This document shows, piece by piece, positions 28,211 to 33,686 of a stretch of DNA of 33,686 bases. The number at the start of each line of letters is the position of its first letter. Within the stretch, counting starts at the first letter, position 1. This DNA is from an uncultured Nitrososphaerota archaeon (GTDB taxonomy: Archaea > Thermoproteota > EX4484-205 > JAAOZO01). The translations under genes and the position numbers were made by a program. The stretch lies in NCBI GenBank assembly GCA_964408285.1, contig CAYOYV010000017.1:1-33686 (forward strand), read 5' to 3'. The notes under the pieces were generated by a model, which worked only from the letters and a program-made list of their open reading frames with translations, did no database searches and was not told the origin of the DNA.

Positions 28211-29764
28211 ATGGTCGTGCTCTGCATTGGCTTCGAGGTACATCAACCAAGGAGGCTAAACAAGAGCTTTAGGGTTCAGGCTCCCGATCCAAGGGACATC
28301 GCCGAGGCTGAGGGTTCATATTTCGACCTGAGACTTGACAAAGAGATATTCGAGAGAGTCTATGAGAAATGCTACAAACCAACAACCAACATGCTTGCGG
28401 AAGCGATTGAAAGAACGAAGGACTCCGAGAGGCCCTTCAAGATCTGCTACAGCTTCTCAGGCCTTTTCCTCGAGCAATTGCTCCTCAATCACCCAGAGCT
28501 CATAGAAACAATACGATCGATGGCAAAGACAGGAAACGTCGAGCTTCTGTGTCAGACCTACTATCATTCTTTGGCAAGCATATACTACGACGACATGTCG
28601 GAATTCAGAGACCAGGTAAAAGAACACAAGAAAGCAATAAGACGGACATTCGGGTTCGAGCCACGAATCTTTGAGAACACGGAATTCATATACAATAACT
28701 TAATTGCGAAGGAAATTCAGGCTCTCGGATTCTCTGGCATAATTACAGAAGGGTCAGATAGATTGCTCCATGGCTCCTCTCCTCACTTCGTATATCGGCC
28801 GATAGTGGCTAAGAGCCTAAGGGTTTTGACGAGAGACTACAGATTGTCTGACGACATCGGGTTCAGGTTCTCATCGCTCTCTCTCACTGCTGAGAAATTT
28901 ATCGACTGGGTCGCCTCTGTGGCAGAGCCGCTCGTCCTCATTTTCGTTGACTATGAGACATTCGGGGAACATGTCTGGCCTGAAGCCGGCATTCGTGACT
29001 TTCTGAAGCAACTGCCACATGAGATAGAAAGATGCCGCAACGTGGTCCCGGAGACTGCCTCCGAGATAGTGGGCACAATTCCACCCGCGGGAGATGTAGA
29101 TGTGTATGAGCACGGCAAGACCATATCTTGGGCAGACGAAAGGAGGGACCTGAGTGCTTGGCTTGGGAACGAGATGCAAAGATCCACATTTGGCTCGGTG
29201 ATTTCACTCTCGAGACCAGCGAGAACAATCGGAGGGGAATTCCTCAGAATCTGGCGCTTATTGCAGACAAGCGACAACTATCACTATATGTACACAGGGA
29301 CCGGGGGTCCGGCGGATGTGCACTCCTACTTCTCTGGACCCGTGGGTTCTCCTTTGGATGTGTATGTAGCATTCAGCAATATCCTGGTCAGTTTTCAGGG
29401 AATGATATCGAACGAAATGATAAAGCCCAAGACTCTGGAAAGGAAACTCCTCAAGGGCTGGTCTGAGGAAAAGGCGTTTTCGTTCTTCTTAGATGTGGGC
29501 AAGCCTCTGAATCTCAAAGCCTCGGGATATCTGGAGTTCCATAACGTCGCAAAACGTGTATCGGAAGATAGCATCGCGTTTCACCTCTACAATGGCGACT
29601 TTGAGAAATGGTTCTACGACGTTTTCGGGGATGAATTGCTTTCCCGACAAATTCATGAACTGCGGACAAAGAAGATAGGGGGAATAAGGCTGAAGAAAGC
29701 GATCGTAACCCTAGTTGCAAAAAGGATTGATGAGATAAGAAATACACTAGGTCGTGCTTCTTGA
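28211..29764 (+). CDS. Glycoside hydrolase family 57 (alpha-amylase-like) with C-terminal DUF5752-like domain
   Basis: FEVHQP, QTYYHSL, FENTEFIY, FVDYETFGEH, LQTSDNYHYM; tail SIAFHLYNGDFEKW. Start reassigned to ATG 28211. Confidence 0.92.
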   Translation: MVVLCIGFEVHQPRRLNKSFRVQAPDPRDIAEAEGSYFDLRLDKEIFERVYEKCYKPTTNMLAEAIERTKDSERPFKICYSFSGLFLEQLLLNHPELIETIRSMAKTGNVELLCQTYYHSLASIYYDDMSEFRDQVKEHKKAIRRTFGFEPRIFENTEFIYNNLIAKEIQALGFSGIITEGSDRLLHGSSPHFVYRPIVAKSLRVLTRDYRLSDDIGFRFSSLSLTAEKFIDWVASVAEPLVLIFVDYETFGEHVWPEAGIRDFLKQLPHEIERCRNVVPETASEIVGTIPPAGDVDVYEHGKTISWADERRDLSAWLGNEMQRSTFGSVISLSRPARTIGGEFLRIWRLLQTSDNYHYMYTGTGGPADVHSYFSGPVGSPLDVYVAFSNILVSFQGMISNEMIKPKTLERKLLKGWSEEKAFSFFLDVGKPLNLKASGYLEFHNVAKRVSEDSIAFHLYNGDFEKWFYDVFGDELLSRQIHELRTKKIGGIRLKKAIVTLVAKRIDEIRNTLGRAS

Positions 29765-29839
29765 TACACAGAGGGACAATGAAGCGTATCAGATTCGAGA
29801 AAAGGCTTTATCTCAGGTGGAGGGCATCGGTTGCGCGGT

Positions 29840-29929
29840 GGGCCGGTGGTTTAAAGGTAGAATACCCGACTTGCACTCGGGAGGCCTAGGGGTTCGAGAT
29901 GGTTGGTCCCGAAAATCCCCTCCGGTCCA
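29840..29929 (+). tRNA. tRNA-Ala(TGC) with T-loop intron at 59/60 (29899-29915)
   Basis: Acceptor GGGCCGG/CCGGTCC with G3:U70, anticodon arm CCCGA-CTTGCAC-TCGGG, BHB helix TTCG/CGAA. Confidence 0.9.
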
Positions 29930-30020
29930 CTTCGTTTCTTGCTTTAATCCATCCGAATCCCAGTTAGCTCTTAGGCGGATTCTTGGGCTCAACGATTTAC
30001 CTAAAATTGGGCGACTTTGC

Positions 30021-30272
30021 CTAGTCCTCTCCTTTTCCCACTAGACTGAACACGGTCTTCTGACCAATAATGTTCAATGGATGGCCGGGTTCCCATAGGG
30101 GTTTCACCCCGATCGTTATGATATTCAAACTCTGCGCTTTGGCCCAGAGTTTATCTATTTCGTCATCTCTCATTCCCTTACCTCGGAAGTACTTGATAAA
30201 CTCGTTTTCAAACAACTTATGTCTTCCATAGTGGTTAAACGCCTCTGACACGAGTGCTTTGATTCTCATCAT
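30021..30272 (-). CDS. Small cassette-B protein (~83 aa), possibly winged-helix
   Basis: ATGA overlap with the upstream stop; conserved with the 12949 copy. The fold is a guess. Confidence 0.75.
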   Translation of the reverse strand: MMRIKALVSEAFNHYGRHKLFENEFIKYFRGKGMRDDEIDKLWAKAQSLNIITIGVKPLWEPGHPLNIIGQKTVFSLVGKGED

Positions 30273-31621
30273 TTCCTCTGCAGCATTCGCTTTATTCTTT
30301 CTATATCCTCTGCCCACTCTGTCCCTGGGAAGAGCTTCTGCGTTTTCTCGCTTACCCAAGCCGCACTTATATCAGGCGGGTTTTCTTCTTTAATCTTTCT
30401 GATGTCCTGAATCTCCTCGTCCGTGAGCTTCCTGCCTCTATATTTCGTGTAGACCTCATATAGCCGCTCGAACCTTTCAGCCTTCCAAGTGCCCGGGAGC
30501 ATTCCATATTCATCATGAATTATGTCAATCAGGTCAGACCTCAGGGTATGGATCTCCCAAAACGATGTCACTCTGTGACCCGTGCTGACATGAACTCTCG
30601 TTGGATGTTCTTCAGGCCATTCCTTCTCCGGGTGAGAAGTTTCCAACAGAGCCAATTCTTGGTGTAATGGTCGTGGGGGTTTCTCCTTTATTATCCTCAG
30701 AATTTCAGGGTCCTCTATACTTCGGATGGGTATCTTCCTTCCGTGTTCTTTCTCCGTCTTCCGAAGTTGTTCAATCTGTTCGCTCGAGAGTTCGTCAGTT
30801 ATGTCCACCGCTCGGCCCCACGCTATCTCGAACCTCGCTCTTCTCTTATGAACACCTAGGGAATGCCACCCTTCCTCGGTGAGGGCAGCTTGGATGTGAT
30901 AGCGCTTTGACTTTGGATCTTTTTCCACCATCGGATCAAGGGAAGGATTACTAATGGTCTTCCTACCACCCGGGAGACCTGAAGCCTCCAGAGCCCTCCC
31001 GAGAGCACTATTAGCTTCAATTTCCATTGCACCCGGCCTCAAACGGGGTTTTGTGATGATGATTCCTCCTGCTTCCCTGACCGCATCCGCAAAATACTTG
31101 AGCAGGACAGGATCTTGGTTGCTGTATTTTAGCCTGTTTTTTGAAGAGTTCGTTCCTTCGTCGAGGATGTGGGTCCTCATCTTGACGAAACCTCTAGATC
31201 TCATGTTAATTGGGTAGAAATGCGGTTCTGAGATAACTCCTCGTCGTTCGATCTCATTCAAACTAATGTTAAGTTGCTCACAAAACCTTCCAAGAACGCC
31301 TACAGTTACGGCTTTTTCCTTCTTATCGATCCATCTCTTGTAAAGAACCCGATCTCCCCTCTTCAATCCCTTCTCTCTAAAGAAATCACTGATGCTCGTA
31401 GCTCCTGATCTCTTCATCTCGCGTTCTATGCTTTGTCTGACGTAACTAGAATGGATGGTGATGCGTGTCATTTTCGGCTCGTCATACCAGTGATAGTATC
31501 CGCTCGATTCTACCTCCTTCTTCTCACGTCTAATTGCTTCGAAAAATTCCGCCCTAGATTGCCTAGATCCATAACGACTGAGTTTCCATCTGAGCGCGAG
31601 CCGGAATTGCCCCAACCTCAC
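30269..31621 (-). CDS. HTH + divergent double-motif LAGLIDADG-like endonuclease
   Basis: HTH-like VTVGVLGRFCEQLNISLNEIE; motif-like KMRTHILDEGT..LKYSNQDPVLLKYF and YHIQAALTEEGWHSL. Confidence 0.65.
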   Translation of the reverse strand: MRLGQFRLALRWKLSRYGSRQSRAEFFEAIRREKKEVESSGYYHWYDEPKMTRITIHSSYVRQSIEREMKRSGATSISDFFREKGLKRGDRVLYKRWIDKKEKAVTVGVLGRFCEQLNISLNEIERRGVISEPHFYPINMRSRGFVKMRTHILDEGTNSSKNRLKYSNQDPVLLKYFADAVREAGGIIITKPRLRPGAMEIEANSALGRALEASGLPGGRKTISNPSLDPMVEKDPKSKRYHIQAALTEEGWHSLGVHKRRARFEIAWGRAVDITDELSSEQIEQLRKTEKEHGRKIPIRSIEDPEILRIIKEKPPRPLHQELALLETSHPEKEWPEEHPTRVHVSTGHRVTSFWEIHTLRSDLIDIIHDEYGMLPGTWKAERFERLYEVYTKYRGRKLTDEEIQDIRKIKEENPPDISAAWVSEKTQKLFPGTEWAEDIERIKRMLQRK

Positions 31622-33447
31622 TCTCTCCGCTTTATCTCTATCCTACCATCCCCCGTGAGCACAATTGAGGTACCAATATCCTCCTTCTTCACTTGTATCC
31701 ATTCCTGAGGGCCTCCTAGAGTCCAGCAACCTGTCGAAGCCACGCACTTGTCTTTGTCTATGAACGCCCTAAGCAGATGTCCCATTATTAGCCAACTCGC
31801 GTTGGCTTCTCTCCTAGCATCCTCCATCTTGTCCATCTCCACATCAGTGATTTTGGTAGGATCCCTGACTATCCTATGACCATGTTCCGCAATCACTACC
31901 TCTCCGTTGGCCAGCTTTATGACAAGACTTTCTTTCGCGGACCTGTAGAACCTATAGATATCGAGGATTGTTTGCTGTAAGGCTTCGTCGTTCCGCTTGT
32001 TCCAAAGTATTGGCTTGGGTTTGCCTCCCATCGTTAAGGTATCTAGGGCTGACAGAAGCTGCTCTTGATTGCCATCGCTGCATCCTTTGACGACCAAGAC
32101 TGAAGCTCCTATTTCCCTCAGCACCTTGAGCAAGATACCGGCTTCGGCCAAATCCGGAGTGCCGCTCTCGAGATCAAACGTATTTCCTAAGAACACAACA
32201 TAAGGTGGTTTCTCGTCTCTTAAGAATGCCATTAGGTCGTCCAGTAGGGCTCTGCCAGTCCATAGGTAAATATCAGAAACGAAAAGGGCTCTTTCACTCC
32301 TATCTAAGATCAGATCATAGGTCTGTACATCAGGAGATAGAGTGCCTGAAGACAGATTGGCGAGATAACTAAGATTGTGTTTGGTCTTCGCCCCAAGACT
32401 TGCCATTAATCCCTTAGGCCCAGTGCTGGTGCAAATATGGCATCTACATTCAACAAACTTAGAAGTGGCATCAATATTGCCCCTGTTAGAGTAGAGAATA
32501 CCTGCTTCGGCATCTAAGTGCCAACTGAAACCGGCTACGGATAGTTTCGGGGGCTCAAAGAAGGTCTGCCTGACGAATGCGAGCGAGGAAGGCTTCATAA
32601 CGCCGATTAACAGAACAGAATCCGCTAACTTCCGCATATGCCTGAAATATGTATAGAGGATCTGCCTCGCAGCACCATCCATCTTGATCCTAGGCATGTA
32701 CTCTGAGGCATGAAGAGCCATGGACTTTATCCCGCTCTTGGCAAGTATTCTTGTGCTGAATTCGATCTGCCTCTCTGCGTTTCCTTTGACCAGACCTATT
32801 ACGGGTATCTCGTCCTCGATCAATTCATGGGTGAGTAGGAGTCCTTTCATCAGATTGATCCAAGCGTCATACAACGGGATATCAGCATACGCAGGGGAAT
32901 CCCACGCTATGGCCCCGTCAAAGCCACCCTGTTTTATCATCTTCATGAAATAATGGAAGACACTTGGTTCCGTGAGGAATTCATCTGGCATTATTGAAGA
33001 AAGAAGTATATTGCCCTCAAAATTGAGGTACGAGTGAATATCTCCGGCCTGAGAAACACTTCTCAATAAACCTGCATCGAATAGCTCTTCGAATCCGATT
33101 ATGACAGCTCCAATGTCGAGAGAATCCCAGCAAAAACTCGATGGATTCCTTAGGGATATCATAGGAACAACCTTCGGTAATTCGATCGGCCGAGCTCTCA
33201 ATTCCTCGATATCTACCACTTGAGAAACGAGATCAGAAACCTCTTGAGGACTCAGGTCCCATGTAATCCTGCCTAAACGGCAAAGGCTACATTCATGCAT
33301 CTTAATCATGGCCGGGGTTTCGAGTTCGCATCCAAGGAAGGGGCACCGGTAGCCACGTGACTCCAGCTCGTAGGCTTCACGACCACCGCAAATACCGATG
33401 ATCGCGCATGTCCCACAATCTCTATCGCATCCGGCAAGTCTCAACAT
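31618..33447 (-). CDS. Cys-rich + TGT-like barrel + degenerate calcineurin-like metallophosphoesterase fusion
   Basis: 8-Cys N-terminus; PVIGLVKG, VAGFSW, CRCHIC...KHNL; then FVSDIY, FLGNTFD, KGCSD, EHGH, MGHLL. Confidence 0.78.
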   Translation of the reverse strand: MLRLAGCDRDCGTCAIIGICGGREAYELESRGYRCPFLGCELETPAMIKMHECSLCRLGRITWDLSPQEVSDLVSQVVDIEELRARPIELPKVVPMISLRNPSSFCWDSLDIGAVIIGFEELFDAGLLRSVSQAGDIHSYLNFEGNILLSSIMPDEFLTEPSVFHYFMKMIKQGGFDGAIAWDSPAYADIPLYDAWINLMKGLLLTHELIEDEIPVIGLVKGNAERQIEFSTRILAKSGIKSMALHASEYMPRIKMDGAARQILYTYFRHMRKLADSVLLIGVMKPSSLAFVRQTFFEPPKLSVAGFSWHLDAEAGILYSNRGNIDATSKFVECRCHICTSTGPKGLMASLGAKTKHNLSYLANLSSGTLSPDVQTYDLILDRSERALFVSDIYLWTGRALLDDLMAFLRDEKPPYVVFLGNTFDLESGTPDLAEAGILLKVLREIGASVLVVKGCSDGNQEQLLSALDTLTMGGKPKPILWNKRNDEALQQTILDIYRFYRSAKESLVIKLANGEVVIAEHGHRIVRDPTKITDVEMDKMEDARREANASWLIMGHLLRAFIDKDKCVASTGCWTLGGPQEWIQVKKEDIGTSIVLTGDGRIEIKRRE

Positions 33448-33686
33448 GGATTTTGCAGGCTTTATGATTCTTATGCTTTATTTGTGATCCCGAATTGTAG
33501 ACATTGTTTCCAGACCCATAGTCCCCCTTCTCGTTCTCAGTGTGACGCGTGTGATCGGGATTCCAAATTTAAGAAAACACAAGCCACAATCATCCAATAC
33601 TGCTGAACCAGCATCTTTTTCGAATCCAATCTCGCTTTCCGCCATTTCCTCGGAAGCAACGCTTATAAGCGGCAACCACCGGGCAT

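Larger units (their letters stand above)
30021..33447 (-). mobile_element. tRNA-linked TGT-like/LAGLIDADG cassette, subtype B, apparently intact
   Basis: Three translationally coupled ORFs (GTGA and ATGA overlaps) convergent on tRNA-Ala(TGC); decayed paralogs at tRNA-Ile and tRNA-Trp. Confidence 0.65.

Noticed and set aside
33478-33675. 65-aa ORF upstream of cassette B
   Set aside because: No counterpart upstream of the Ile copy and no recognisable motif.
1-33686. CRISPR array, rRNA, IS transposase, and the many short antisense ORFs in the track
   Set aside because: No regularly spaced repeats or relevant motifs were seen; the short ORFs overlap well-supported genes or tRNAs.

Overview
Archaeal chromosomal window, TACK-like by gene content and by non-canonical BHB tRNA introns; exact lineage cannot be assigned from the sequence alone. 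The housekeeping backbone is cysS, a TFE-HD fusion, trm56, mbf1, a PUA protein, nac, pyrH, aRF1, Lrp regulators, mat, hppA, srp54-pus10-rpl21e-rpo4-asnS and a GH57 enzyme. It carries 8 tRNA genes with about 14 predicted introns, including a 4-intron tRNA-Ile and an intron at position 7/8 in tRNA-Leu. The main unexplained structure is a multi-copy cassette family next to 6 of the 8 tRNA genes. Each cassette encodes a Cys-rich, catalytically divergent TGT-like barrel (with or without a degenerate metallophosphoesterase), then a double-motif LAGLIDADG-like nuclease, then a small protein. Two copies look intact (63-2735, 30021-33447) and three are internally deleted remnants. No integrase or att duplication was seen. 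All four tRNAs with a T-loop intron have a cassette or remnant immediately downstream, and none of the other four do. All calls come from reading motifs and folding by eye; no searches were run.
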